Assembly: GCA_963822445.1 (NCBI GenBank)
Contig: CAWGHO010000002.1
Location: 2,336,001-2,400,000 of the forward strand
Origin: an uncultured Acidobacteriota bacterium
GTDB lineage: Bacteria; Acidobacteriota; Thermoanaerobaculia; Gp7-AA8
Length of the DNA: 64,000 nucleotides
Direction: 5' to 3'
Made by a program: the position numbers and the translations under genes. Position 1 is the first letter of the stretch. The number at the start of each line of letters is the position of its first letter. Positions 18,414 through 29,958 of this stretch are shown here, one piece after another. The notes under the pieces are model-generated. The model made no database searches. It was given only the letters and a program-made list of their open reading frames with translations, and was not told the DNA's origin.

Positions 18414-20689
18414 TCGCTCTTCAACAATCGTTGATACTGGCCGGGCGGCATCTCGTGCGCGGCTTTTTCGAGACGGGCCTTCGCTTCGTCGTGTCGTCCG
18501 AGGGCGACGAGGAGCGTGGCCATGCCATACGAGGAGACGAATCGTTTCTGCGACAGCTCTTCGAGCGTTGTCAGCGTCTTCTGCGCGTCATCCACGCGGC
18601 CCGCGGCAACCTGGGCGAGACCAACGCGAACGAGACTGCGAGGATCGCCGCCGAGCTGCCAGGCAGTCGCCGCTTCGGTGACCGCTTCCGCGTTCCGCTT
18701 CTGCTTCAGGTACGCGCCGGCCAGGACGTAATGGCCGAACGCGAAGTCCGGCTCGAGCGCGAGCGCGCGATTGCATTCGGCCACGGCTTCATCGAGCCTC
18801 CCGGCATCGGCGTACACGCCTCCCAGCTCGGCAATGATGATCAGACTCAGCGGATCGAGCTCCTCGGCACGCCGGATCTCGCGAATCGCTTCGTCGAACC
18901 GCTTCATCTCCACGAGACAGCGGCTGTACCACTGATGCGCGGTCGCGTAGCTTGGATTGAGCTCGATGGCGCGCTCGAAGTTCTTCGCGGCCTTCGCCAG
19001 ATCGCTTCCGAAGTTCATCTCGAAGTAGGCGAGCGACGTATGCGCCTCGGCCAGCGTGTCGTCGATGGCCAGCGCCTTCGCCGCTGCCTCGCGCGCGAGA
19101 GGCAGCGCTTTCGCGGGTGGTGCTTCGTTGTAGATCGACTGGAGGATGTGCGCGTCGGCGAGACCCGCGTAGGCGCGTGCGTACTCGCGATCGCGGGCGA
19201 TGGCGTCGTTGAAGTACCCGATGGCCCGCTCGAACGCGCCGCCGGTGCGCTTGTTCAATTCATAGCGGCCCTGCAGATACAGCCGGTAGGCCTCGCCGCT
19301 TTCGGTGTGGCGCGTCGCGCCGCTCAACTCGAGGCGGAGCTGCTCGGCGATCTTGCGGGAGATGGCGGCCTGCGCCGTCGACAGATCATCGAGTCGCGTG
19401 TTGAATCGCTCGCCCCACAAATGTCGGTTGGTGCGGCCGTCGATCAGCTCCGTCGAGATCAGCAGGCCGCCTTCGCCTGGATGGACGACGCGGCCGGTGA
19501 GCACGGCCTGCACTTTCAAGTCCTTCGCGACCTGCTGCGGCGACTGCTCCTTGCCTTTGTAGCGGAACACCGACGCGCGCGAGACGACGGAAAGGTCGGG
19601 GATGCCCGCGAGATCGGAGATGAGCATCTCGGTGATGCCGTCGGTGAGGTAGTCGTTGCTCGGATCGCGCGTGTCGTTGATGAAAGGGAGTACGGCGATG
19701 GAGCGGATCGGCGTATCGGTCGCTGGTTTTTTGATGAACACGATCCCGAGGGCGATCGCCGATACGACGACGGCGATGAGTGGCGCCAGCCATTTCCGCG
19801 GCCTGGCCAGGTCGACATCACCGGATGCAGTCAGTGAGCGCAGGGCGAAGGCGAGGTCGCGCGCGGATTGAAATCGTGCCGCCGGCTTCTTTTCCACGCA
19901 GCGGTGGATGATGCGATCGAGCTCGTACGGAACGCGCGCACCGGACTCGCTGAGCGGCGGAAGATCATCGCGCAGAACCGCGGTCATCGTGTCGATCGCC
20001 GTCTCGGAGCGGAACGCGCCGCGGCCGGTAATGCACTCGAAGAGGATGCAGCCGAGGGCGAAGAGGTCGGTGACCGCGGTCGTGGGCTCGGCGCGGAGTT
20101 GTTCGGGTGCCATGTAGCCGACGGTGCCGATGACGTTGGTGTCGCTGTCCAGCTCGTCGCTGTGCAGCCGTTCGGTGGGTTGTGAATCGTCCACCTCGAC
20201 AGCGGGTTTCGGCCGCGCGCGAGCGAGACCGAAGTCGAGGATCTTCACCAGGCCTTCGTCGGTGATGAAGATGTTCTCCGGCTTTAGATCGCGATGAACG
20301 ATGCCCTTTGCATGCGCTGCGGCGAGGCCGTCGGCAATCGACGCGCCGATCTCCGCGGCGCGACGCCAGGACATCGGTCCGTGACTGAGAACGGTGCGGA
20401 GCGTGTCGCCTTCCAGGAGCTCGGTGACGACGTAGGAAAGCTCACCTTCCTGTTCGAACTCGTACAGCGCGAGGACGTTCGGATGGGAGATGGCCGCGAC
20501 AGCTTTCGCTTCGCGGTTCAGCCCCGCGCGGGCGTCGTCATCACGGGAAAGCCGCTGGGGGAGGACTTTGATGGCGACGTCGCGGGCCACGCGCACGTCA
20601 TGCGCGCGGTAGACCTCGCCCATGCCGCCCGAGGCGATGGGCGCGACGATCTCGTACGCGCCGAGGCGGGTTCCCGGAGTTAGATGCAA
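18398..20689 (-). CDS. Ser/Thr protein kinase with TolB-N-like and TPR domains
   Basis: GGMGEVY, HRDLKPEN, DFG, GTVGYMAPE; TM helix; SIAVLPF..DGITE; TPR repeats. Confidence 0.92.
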   Translation of the reverse strand: MHLTPGTRLGAYEIVAPIASGGMGEVYRAHDVRVARDVAIKVLPQRLSRDDDARAGLNREAKAVAAISHPNVLALYEFEQEGELSYVVTELLEGDTLRTVLSHGPMSWRRAAEIGASIADGLAAAHAKGIVHRDLKPENIFITDEGLVKILDFGLARARPKPAVEVDDSQPTERLHSDELDSDTNVIGTVGYMAPEQLRAEPTTAVTDLFALGCILFECITGRGAFRSETAIDTMTAVLRDDLPPLSESGARVPYELDRIIHRCVEKKPAARFQSARDLAFALRSLTASGDVDLARPRKWLAPLIAVVVSAIALGIVFIKKPATDTPIRSIAVLPFINDTRDPSNDYLTDGITEMLISDLAGIPDLSVVSRASVFRYKGKEQSPQQVAKDLKVQAVLTGRVVHPGEGGLLISTELIDGRTNRHLWGERFNTRLDDLSTAQAAISRKIAEQLRLELSGATRHTESGEAYRLYLQGRYELNKRTGGAFERAIGYFNDAIARDREYARAYAGLADAHILQSIYNEAPPAKALPLAREAAAKALAIDDTLAEAHTSLAYFEMNFGSDLAKAAKNFERAIELNPSYATAHQWYSRCLVEMKRFDEAIREIRRAEELDPLSLIIIAELGGVYADAGRLDEAVAECNRALALEPDFAFGHYVLAGAYLKQKRNAEAVTEAATAWQLGGDPRSLVRVGLAQVAAGRVDDAQKTLTTLEELSQKRFVSSYGMATLLVALGRHDEAKARLEKAAHEMPPGQYQRLLKSEWKNR

Positions 20690-20719
20690 TGCGCGGAATG
20701 GTACCGCGCGTGCGGGGGC

Positions 20720-21178
20720 CTACTTCCGCAGTTCCACGCCGGTGGCCACGAACGAGATCTCCAGCGCCGTGCCGTCCGCGTCGCGATTCAGCTTCGCGCC
20801 TTCATCGGCCAGATGCTGGGCCTCGTCCTTCGACAGCTTCTTCACCGCGACCACGCCTTCCATGCGCGCGCGCTGGCCTTTGCTGTCTTTCGGAATGAAG
20901 AAGCCGTAATCCTTGAACGTCACGCGCATCCCGCTCTGTCCCGCCTCGGGAACGACCTGCATCCAGCAGCCTTTGTTCTGGCAGGCCGTCTCGACGAGAC
21001 CTTCCACGACGATCGCGGACTTTGTGAATTCCTCGGGCTTCTGGAGGACGTCCGCGAGCGGAACGGCCTTGGTGTCGGCGGAGATCGCGGCACCGCGGGT
21101 GACGACGTCTTCGCCGGCGAAAGCGGCCGTGGCGGTCAAGGTGAGAGCGATGGCGAGAGCGATGGTGAGTTTCTGCAT
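20720..21178 (-). CDS. DUF4920 family secreted OB-fold protein
   Basis: Signal peptide; CQNKGCWM, RVTFKDYGFFIP, ATGVEL. Confidence 0.8.
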   Translation of the reverse strand: MQKLTIALAIALTLTATAAFAGEDVVTRGAAISADTKAVPLADVLQKPEEFTKSAIVVEGLVETACQNKGCWMQVVPEAGQSGMRVTFKDYGFFIPKDSKGQRARMEGVVAVKKLSKDEAQHLADEGAKLNRDADGTALEISFVATGVELRK

Positions 21179-21305
21179 GGGCGTGCGTAACGATACCTGA
21201 CTGTCAGATATTCGAGACGCGAGTCTGTATGGAAATCTCGACAGCGGCCCATCTTCCGAAACGGCTAACCCATTTCGATTCAGCACTTTGATTTCCTGAG
21301 ACCGG

Positions 21306-21320
21306 TGGCACCTCCCTCGC
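21306..21320 (+). promoter_or_regulatory. Possible sigma-54 promoter
   Basis: TGGCAC-CTCCC-TCGC (GG-N10-GC), followed by SD GGAGGA and GTG at 21352. Confidence 0.4.
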
Positions 21321-21537
21321 CATCAGTAGCCGGCCAATGGAGGAAACCAAAGTGAGTCTTCGAATCGTGTATCGGGTTGTGTTCGTGATGTTCCTCGCAG
21401 TCATGTCGCTGCGCGCCTTCGCGCAGACGGTCACCATCGCCTTCGATGGGGGCGTGGTCGGCGGCGCGTTCGAGCCCAATCCCATTTTCGACGAGCCGTC
21501 AGAGCCGGACGAGGATGGCTTCGAGACGACGGAGCAT

Positions 21538-21626
21538 TGGAGTGCGGCGGCTCTGCCGCCGCTTTTTCAGCGCGCGGAGCGCGCCTCCGGCGCGTACCAA
21601 AGCGGTGGCAGAGCCACCGCACTCCA
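21538..21626. repeat. REP-like inverted repeat
   Basis: TGGAGTGCGGCGGCTCTGCCGCCGCTTT ... AAAGCGGTGGCAGAGCCACCGCACTCCA. Confidence 0.8.
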
Positions 21627-21628
21627 AG

Positions 21629-21660
21629 AAAAAAAGGCCGGCGTTTCCGCCGGCCTTTTT
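21629..21660. terminator. Bidirectional intrinsic terminator downstream of hppA
   Basis: A7-GGCCGGCG-TTTC-CGCCGGCC-T5. Confidence 0.85.
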
Positions 21661-21680
21661 GCGTTGCGATGCGAGCTCGA

Positions 21681-24201
<2,521 letters not shown>

Positions 24202-24324
24202 TGATTCCTCCGTGTTGTGGATGCGATCGACCCGGGTCCGGGAGCCCGCAGGCAAGCGTTTCCCGTCAGGTGTGGGTCGTTAGGGCGCGCGGATTGTACA
24301 CGAGGAGCCTCCGCGAGGGTCACC

Positions 24325-24359
24325 GAATGTCCCCATCGCCTGCCCAGAATGTCCCCATC
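24325..24359 (+). promoter_or_regulatory. Perfect 13-bp direct repeat with 22-bp period (candidate regulator site)
   Basis: GAATGTCCCCATC at 24325-24337 and 24347-24359. Confidence 0.55.
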
Positions 24360-24515
24360 CCCGGACCACTTCCGGAACGGTTTCCGCAGGTGCGGCTGGC
24401 CGTACGTACGTCGATCCGCCTGCTGCAGCGGGCTTGGGGGAAAGGAGGCAGGCTCGCCTTTACCCATCACGAAACGTCCGCATTTCGCGTTTTTTCGAAA
24501 GATCAGGAGAGCGTC

Positions 24516-25037
24516 ATGAAAACGACATGGAGAGTGCTCCTCGGAGCGCTCGCATTCGCAGCGTTCTTCGTTCCTACGGCCTCGGCGCAGATCGAGTGTT
24601 ATCAGTGCGATCCCTGGGGCCCGTGCTACGAGAGCTGTTGGTACTGTCAGACTCCCCATCCCGATTACTGTCCGCAGAACGACGTGGTCTATACGACGTG
24701 CGGCGACGCCACGGGGGCGTGCATGGAGGAGAACTGCACGCCGAACTGGCAGGAGACCGGCCGGGTCGCTGTCGGCACGTACGGGGAGGCGATCGATTAC
24801 TGGAGGTGTGCCTTCTTCGAGGACTGTGAATGCGAGCACCACACGGTTTATCGGGTCACCGAGGAAGACCAGAATCAATGCAACACCAGCTCGTACTACT
24901 GGGAGCGTGAGTTCTGCGACGACGTCCAGACCGGCGAGAAACACGGCAACGACCAGCCGGATTGCTGCGACGGCTACGGCCCCGGCGGAGGTCCTGACCC
25001 AACCTACACCTGTAACCACTGGCACAGCTGCTTCTGA
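24516..25037 (+). CDS. Secreted cysteine-rich protein (18 Cys)
   Basis: SD AGGAG, signal peptide ending ASA; 173 aa. Confidence 0.8.
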   Translation: MKTTWRVLLGALAFAAFFVPTASAQIECYQCDPWGPCYESCWYCQTPHPDYCPQNDVVYTTCGDATGACMEENCTPNWQETGRVAVGTYGEAIDYWRCAFFEDCECEHHTVYRVTEEDQNQCNTSSYYWEREFCDDVQTGEKHGNDQPDCCDGYGPGGGPDPTYTCNHWHSCF

Positions 25038-25106
25038 CCGGCGCTGCCGGGGCGCGGGCGACCGCGCTCCGGCAGCACCTTCAACGCTTGACGTGAGGAG
25101 ACACGA

Positions 25107-26129
25107 ATGAAAATCCGAGTGCTGATTTTGACGGCGATGGTTCTCGTCCTGGCCGTGACGGCCGTGGCGGGTGACAAGGGAGTGGCGCGGATCAACGGCG
25201 TGGTGGTCACGGAAGCAGAGCTCGATCGGGCCATCGGTTCGCGACTGATGCGCGTCCGTTCCGAGGAGTACCAGATGAAGGTGGCCATCCTCGACGAGCT
25301 GGTGGCCGACAAGCTCATCGCCGCCGAGGCCGCGCGGCGCGGCGTGACCGTCGACGAACTGCTGAAGGTCGAGGTCGACGCGAAGACGAAGGTCCCGGCG
25401 GACGTCGACCTCGAGACGATGTACGACGGGATGCGCGAGCGCTTCGGGAACATGCCGAAGGAGGCCGCGATCGCCGAGATGCGGACCAAGCTGCAGGCCC
25501 GCAAGGCCCACGAGCGGAAAGAAGCGTTCGTGAAGGAGTTGCGCGCGAAGTCTGGAGTGGAGGTGCTGATCCAGCCGCCGCGCGTGGACCTGCGCGCCGA
25601 TGGACCGTCGCGAGGCAATCCGGATGCGCCGGTCACGATCATCGGCTTCTCGGACTTCGAGTGCCAGTTCTGCGGCCGGGCCGCGGAAACGCTCCGCACG
25701 ATCGAGCAGCGTTATGGCGACAGCGTACGCATCGTCCATCGCGACTATCCGCTGATGTCGCACAAAGGTGCTGCGAAGGCAGCCGAGGCCGCGCACTGCG
25801 CCTCCGAGCAGGGCAAGTTCTGGGAGATGCACGACAAGCTGTTCGCCAAGGGCGGCTCGATCGCCCGGCCGGATCTGACCCGGTTCGCGCGCGAGCTGCA
25901 GCTCGAGACCGAGCCGTTCGAGACCTGCGTCGACTCCGGGAAGTACCAGGCCACCTGGCGCCGGTCGTTCGAAGAAGGCGGCGCGATCGGCGTCCGCAGC
26001 ACGCCGACGTTTTTCATCAACGGCCGGCTGGTTTCCGGCGCCGCGTCGATCGAGTCCTTCGCGAAGCTGATCGACGAAGAGCTGGCGCTCACGCCGAAAC
26101 GGGAGAGCGTCAAGGCCGCGGCAAAATGA
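25107..26129 (+). CDS. DsbA/thioredoxin-fold protein with SurA-N-like N-terminal region
   Basis: Signal peptide; VARINGVVVT; GNPDAPVTI..FSDFECQFC..GKFWEMHD..GVRSTPTFFING. Confidence 0.88.
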   Translation: MKIRVLILTAMVLVLAVTAVAGDKGVARINGVVVTEAELDRAIGSRLMRVRSEEYQMKVAILDELVADKLIAAEAARRGVTVDELLKVEVDAKTKVPADVDLETMYDGMRERFGNMPKEAAIAEMRTKLQARKAHERKEAFVKELRAKSGVEVLIQPPRVDLRADGPSRGNPDAPVTIIGFSDFECQFCGRAAETLRTIEQRYGDSVRIVHRDYPLMSHKGAAKAAEAAHCASEQGKFWEMHDKLFAKGGSIARPDLTRFARELQLETEPFETCVDSGKYQATWRRSFEEGGAIGVRSTPTFFINGRLVSGAASIESFAKLIDEELALTPKRESVKAAAK

Positions 26130-26138
26130 AGCGAGGCA

Positions 26139-26167
26139 GGAGCGCCGGCGTTCTCGCTGGCGCTCCT
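26139..26167. terminator. GC hairpin between convergent genes (REP-like or terminator)
   Basis: GGAGCGCCGGCG-TTCT-CGCTGGCGCTCC; no U-tract. Confidence 0.45.
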
Positions 26168-27359
26168 ACAGCGCGATTTTGAGCATCACCGGATCGCTCA
26201 GTTTCGAAAGCGGCCAGATCTTTCCGCTCTCGTCGAAGGAGCGCAGTCCGGGATTGGCGATGAAGAAGTAACTGCCGCCGACGATGGCGCCGGTGGTGGG
26301 AAGCTCGAAGAGGCGATTTTTCGACTCGAGGACTTCCATGCGATTGGTGTCGAGATGCACGCGGATCAGGCGCGGGTTGCCGATGCTGTTCTGGATGCCG
26401 ATCAGCGTCCCGCGATAAAAATCGAGACCGTCGATGCCGCCGAGGAGCGTGTTCGGCACTTCGATCTTCGCGCGGGTTTTGTCGGCAAGGGTGAAGCGAT
26501 GCAGGCCGCGGAAATCGGCGACGTACAGATAGGTGCCGTCATTGTCGACGGCATGGGTGATGCCGTTCGGGAAGCCGAAACCGTCCGCGTAGGTCTCGAA
26601 CTTGTCGGCGCCGGGCGCGAGGCGGACGACCGTGTGGCCGCCCATGTCCGTGGCGAAGATCGTTCCGTCCTCGAGCAGGGTGAGGTCGTTCAATCGGGCC
26701 GGGGCGGGATCGATTTTGCGGAGCAGTTTCCCGGTGCCGAGGGCGTACGCGGCGAGCATCGATGAGTCCTGCCCCTTCACAGAACCGCGCATCTCGGGAG
26801 TGGTCGAGCTGATGACCCAGAGGATGCGATTCTCGTGATCGATCTTCATCCCCAGACCGCCGAGCATTCCGTCCTGACCTTCCTTCACGAAGTCAGTGGC
26901 GCGGCCGGAGGGATCGACGCGGATCACTTTCCGCCGATAGATGCTGCTCACGTAGAACGTGTCTTCGATCTTGTCGTAGGCGATGCCCTCGGGGACGAGG
27001 TCGCGCTGGCCGGCGATGGTGAAGGCGACTTCGGCGTTGTTGACGCGGGGCTCCCGGGCATCGAGCTTCGCGACGATGTTGCGAAACGTTGAACCTCGCG
27101 AGCTCCTGAAAGCGATCGGACTGGCGCCGTGTTGCCAACCGAGCTCGTCAAGGCGGGTGAGCCAGCGGACGACCTGGTCCGTCTCGCCGGTTTTGTCATG
27201 GTAGGTTGCGAGAACGTAGATCCACGGCATGTTCGTGGGTTGCTGCGCGATCGCATCCGTCAGTTGTTTGATCGCGCCGCGGGTTTGCTCGTCGACCACG
27301 ATCGGTTTCGTCGAACAGGCGAGAACGACGGCGACGAAGAGCAGCGCGATCCGTTTCAT
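26166..27359 (-). CDS. SMP-30/gluconolactonase-like beta-propeller lipoprotein
   Basis: Lipobox VLAC; PEGIAYD, LNDLT, PNGI, GIDGL. Confidence 0.75.
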   Translation of the reverse strand: MKRIALLFVAVVLACSTKPIVVDEQTRGAIKQLTDAIAQQPTNMPWIYVLATYHDKTGETDQVVRWLTRLDELGWQHGASPIAFRSSRGSTFRNIVAKLDAREPRVNNAEVAFTIAGQRDLVPEGIAYDKIEDTFYVSSIYRRKVIRVDPSGRATDFVKEGQDGMLGGLGMKIDHENRILWVISSTTPEMRGSVKGQDSSMLAAYALGTGKLLRKIDPAPARLNDLTLLEDGTIFATDMGGHTVVRLAPGADKFETYADGFGFPNGITHAVDNDGTYLYVADFRGLHRFTLADKTRAKIEVPNTLLGGIDGLDFYRGTLIGIQNSIGNPRLIRVHLDTNRMEVLESKNRLFELPTTGAIVGGSYFFIANPGLRSFDESGKIWPLSKLSDPVMLKIAL

Positions 27360-27374
27360 AGCAGCGGAGGATAG

Positions 27375-28448
27375 ATGCTGTCCCTTCTCCTGGCGGTGTT
27401 GGTCATCAAATCGTTGCAGCCGTTGCACACGTTGACCATCGAAGTTCCCGACGTTTCGGTTTACGGCTACGCGCGGGACGAGCAGTTCGAATACCTGGCG
27501 ACGCCGAAAGGGCTGTACCGCGCCCCGCGACTGGCTACGTCGCAACCGCAACTGATCGCGTTCGGCGGCGAGGCTGTGCATGCGGTCGCCGTGCACGAGG
27601 GCGCGTTGTACGTCGCGAAAGGGGAGGGGAACGAGGCCGGCGCGTCGACGGGACACACATTCGTGCGCTCGACCGATCACGGCGCGACGTTCACCAACAT
27701 CGACGCGGGGCTGCTCGACTGCGCGTTGCAGCCGTGCACGTATCTCGTGCCGACGCGGATGTCGTTCGGGCCCGATCACATCTACGTGAATGCCGGCGGA
27801 AATCTGCTGGCCAGCGATGACGACGGCGCGTCGTGGCACCTCCTGTGGGGTCTCGCGCACCAAGGCAAGCCGACGTCGCAGATCTGCCCACTCAAGTTCG
27901 AGCGCATCGGCAACCTGATGCTGATGGGCGGCGAGTGTCCGCTGGACGTGGGCTGGATCCGCCGTGGAACGCTGCAAGCGAATCTCGTGGAGTGGGCGGA
28001 AGAGCCGGCGAGCGTTTCGGCGCCGGAGCTCGAGAACAGGAACGTGCAGTTCATCCGCGACCACGGCAACGGCGTCGTCTTCGCCGGAATCGAAGGCGCG
28101 TTGCTGAAGAGCACGGACAACGGCGCGACCTTCCGCTTCGTTCTGCATTACGACCTCGAGGCGGAGGACCGCTATCCGTACATCACGCAGATGGTCGTGT
28201 CCTCGCGCGATCCGCGGGTGATGATCCTCGGCGGCTTCGACAAGAAGAACGCCGTCGGCTATCTCGCTTACTCACACGACGGCGGCGATCACTGGCAGGA
28301 CATCTCGAACGCGGTCGGACCTGCGGTGGTGTCGCTGCTGGTCGAGGATGCGGATGGCCGGATGCTGGCCGGGTTGCAGAACGGCTCGCAATTCACGCTC
28401 GCCGAGTTGGTCCTCGGCGAGCGTGTGAAGCGTCGTTCGTTGCGATGA
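27375..28448 (+). CDS. Secreted BNR/Asp-box repeat beta-propeller protein
   Basis: Four SxDxGxxF/W Asp boxes (STDHGATF, SDDDGASW, STDNGATF, SHDGGDHW); basic C-terminus KRRSLR. Confidence 0.8.
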   Translation: MLSLLLAVLVIKSLQPLHTLTIEVPDVSVYGYARDEQFEYLATPKGLYRAPRLATSQPQLIAFGGEAVHAVAVHEGALYVAKGEGNEAGASTGHTFVRSTDHGATFTNIDAGLLDCALQPCTYLVPTRMSFGPDHIYVNAGGNLLASDDDGASWHLLWGLAHQGKPTSQICPLKFERIGNLMLMGGECPLDVGWIRRGTLQANLVEWAEEPASVSAPELENRNVQFIRDHGNGVVFAGIEGALLKSTDNGATFRFVLHYDLEAEDRYPYITQMVVSSRDPRVMILGGFDKKNAVGYLAYSHDGGDHWQDISNAVGPAVVSLLVEDADGRMLAGLQNGSQFTLAELVLGERVKRRSLR

Positions 28449-28451
28449 AGG

Positions 28452-29135
28452 CTAGCGTCCGCCGGCGGCGGTTTCGGCCGCGCGGATGTTGATCTCCACG
28501 CGACGATTGAGCTGACGGCCTTCGGCGGTGTCGTTGGTCGACTTCGGACGCGATTCGCCGAAGCCGTACACGGTGATGTTGCCGGCGCGAACGCCACGGT
28601 CGATCAGGTAGTCGGCGACGTTCGCCGCGCGCTGCTCGGAGAGCTTCTGGTTGTACTGCTCGGTGCCGGTCGAGTCGGTGTGGCCCTCGACGATGATCAC
28701 GTTGTCCGGATACTGCGCGAAGTTCGCGGCGAGCTCGTTGAGCGTCTCACGCGAGGTGCTGCGCAACCCGGCCGAGTTGTGATCGAAGAGGATGTCGCTG
28801 GTGAGGCGGACGTTGATCTCCCCTTCCGAAGGGCGGTTGACTTCGACGCCTTCGATCTGGCGAAGCTCGGCTTCCTGCTTGTCCATGCGACGGCCGACGG
28901 CCGCGCCCACCGCGGCACCCGCAGCTGCACCGACGACTGCGCCGGTGCGGTTGTTCCCGGACTGATTTCCGACCACGCCACCCACCACGGCTCCCGCGAT
29001 TGCGCCGATGACGGCGCCACGCTTGGTCTTGCGGTTGGGATCGGTGCTGTCGCTGGTGGTGCCGGTGTCATTCGTCGTCGCGCAGGCGAAGCTGAACGCG
29101 GCGAGGATCACGAGGATGAGTACTTTTCGAGCCAT
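28452..29135 (-). CDS. OmpA-family lipoprotein with glycine zipper
   Basis: Lipobox SFAC; Gly zipper; EGHTDSTG..NQKLSEQRA..NRRVEI. Confidence 0.92.
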   Translation of the reverse strand: MARKVLILVILAAFSFACATTNDTGTTSDSTDPNRKTKRGAVIGAIAGAVVGGVVGNQSGNNRTGAVVGAAAGAAVGAAVGRRMDKQEAELRQIEGVEVNRPSEGEINVRLTSDILFDHNSAGLRSTSRETLNELAANFAQYPDNVIIVEGHTDSTGTEQYNQKLSEQRAANVADYLIDRGVRAGNITVYGFGESRPKSTNDTAEGRQLNRRVEINIRAAETAAGGR

Positions 29136-29155
29136 TTACTGCCTCCTAAAGATGA

Positions 29156-29182
29156 AAAAGACGGCTGTTGCCAGCCGTCTTC
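29156..29182 (-). terminator. Intrinsic terminator-like hairpin between the two OmpA genes
   Basis: Minus strand AAGACGGCTG-GCAA-CAGCCGTCTT followed by a T-run. Confidence 0.6.
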
Positions 29183-29203
29183 AGGTTCACGAGTGATGCC
29201 GGG

Positions 29204-29857
29204 TTACGCATTGTTGGCCCGGACGTAGATCTCGACGCGGCGGTTCTGCTGGCGGCCGCTTGCGGTCGAGTTCGACGCTTTCGCGCTGCCTTCGCCGTAG
29301 CCGATCGAGTCGATGCGCGATCCGCGGACGCCCTGGTTTTGCAGGTAGCTGGCGACCGCGTCCGCACGACGCTCGGACAGGCGCTGGTTGTACGAGGTGG
29401 AGCCGGTCGAGTCCGTGTGTCCGCCGACCACGATGGTGGTGTCGCCGTACTTGTTGAACACGTCAGCCATCTCGCGCAGCTCGTCCTTCGAGGTTGCACG
29501 CAGCCCGGCCGAGTCGAAATCGAACAGGATCTCGTTGCGGACCGTCACGCGGAGCTCGTCGTCGTCGGTACGGGCCACGTCGATGCCTTCGATCTGCCGG
29601 AGCTCGCGCTCCTGCTTGTCCATCATGGCGCCGACGATCGCGCCGGTGGCCGCGCCGACCGCGCCGCCGATGACCGCACCGCGCTTGGCGTTCCCCGAGC
29701 CACGGTTGTTGTGGATGATCGCGCCGGCGATGGCACCGGCCACGCCGCCGATGACGGCGCCCTTGGCGGTCTTGTCGCGGCGGGTCGTGTTGTCGACCGC
29801 GAAGGCCATGGGGCTGGCGAGCAGGGCGATGAGCAGAGTGGCGATGAGCTTGTTCAT
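29204..29857 (-). CDS. OmpA-family protein with glycine zipper (tandem paralogue)
   Basis: Signal peptide ending AFA; MDKQERELRQIEG; GHTDSTG..NQRLSERRA..NRRVEI. Confidence 0.92.
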   Translation of the reverse strand: MNKLIATLLIALLASPMAFAVDNTTRRDKTAKGAVIGGVAGAIAGAIIHNNRGSGNAKRGAVIGGAVGAATGAIVGAMMDKQERELRQIEGIDVARTDDDELRVTVRNEILFDFDSAGLRATSKDELREMADVFNKYGDTTIVVGGHTDSTGSTSYNQRLSERRADAVASYLQNQGVRGSRIDSIGYGEGSAKASNSTASGRQQNRRVEIYVRANNA

Positions 29858-29889
29858 TGTCTTTCTCCTTGGTTCTGGCGGTCCTTAAT

Positions 29890-29905
29890 CGCAACGGAGC
29901 TGCCA
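29890..29905 (-). promoter_or_regulatory. Probable sigma-54 promoter for the OmpA gene
   Basis: Minus strand TGGCAG-CTCCG-TTGCG. Confidence 0.55.
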
Positions 29906-29958
29906 TGTACCAAATAACTATGGAAGAAATGGCGCTCAGCCGTTGTACCATCGGCGCC

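Noticed and set aside
24516-25037. Cys-rich protein as a multiheme cytochrome or RiPP precursor
   Set aside because: No CxxCH motifs; Sec signal peptide and no modifying enzymes or peptide transporter nearby
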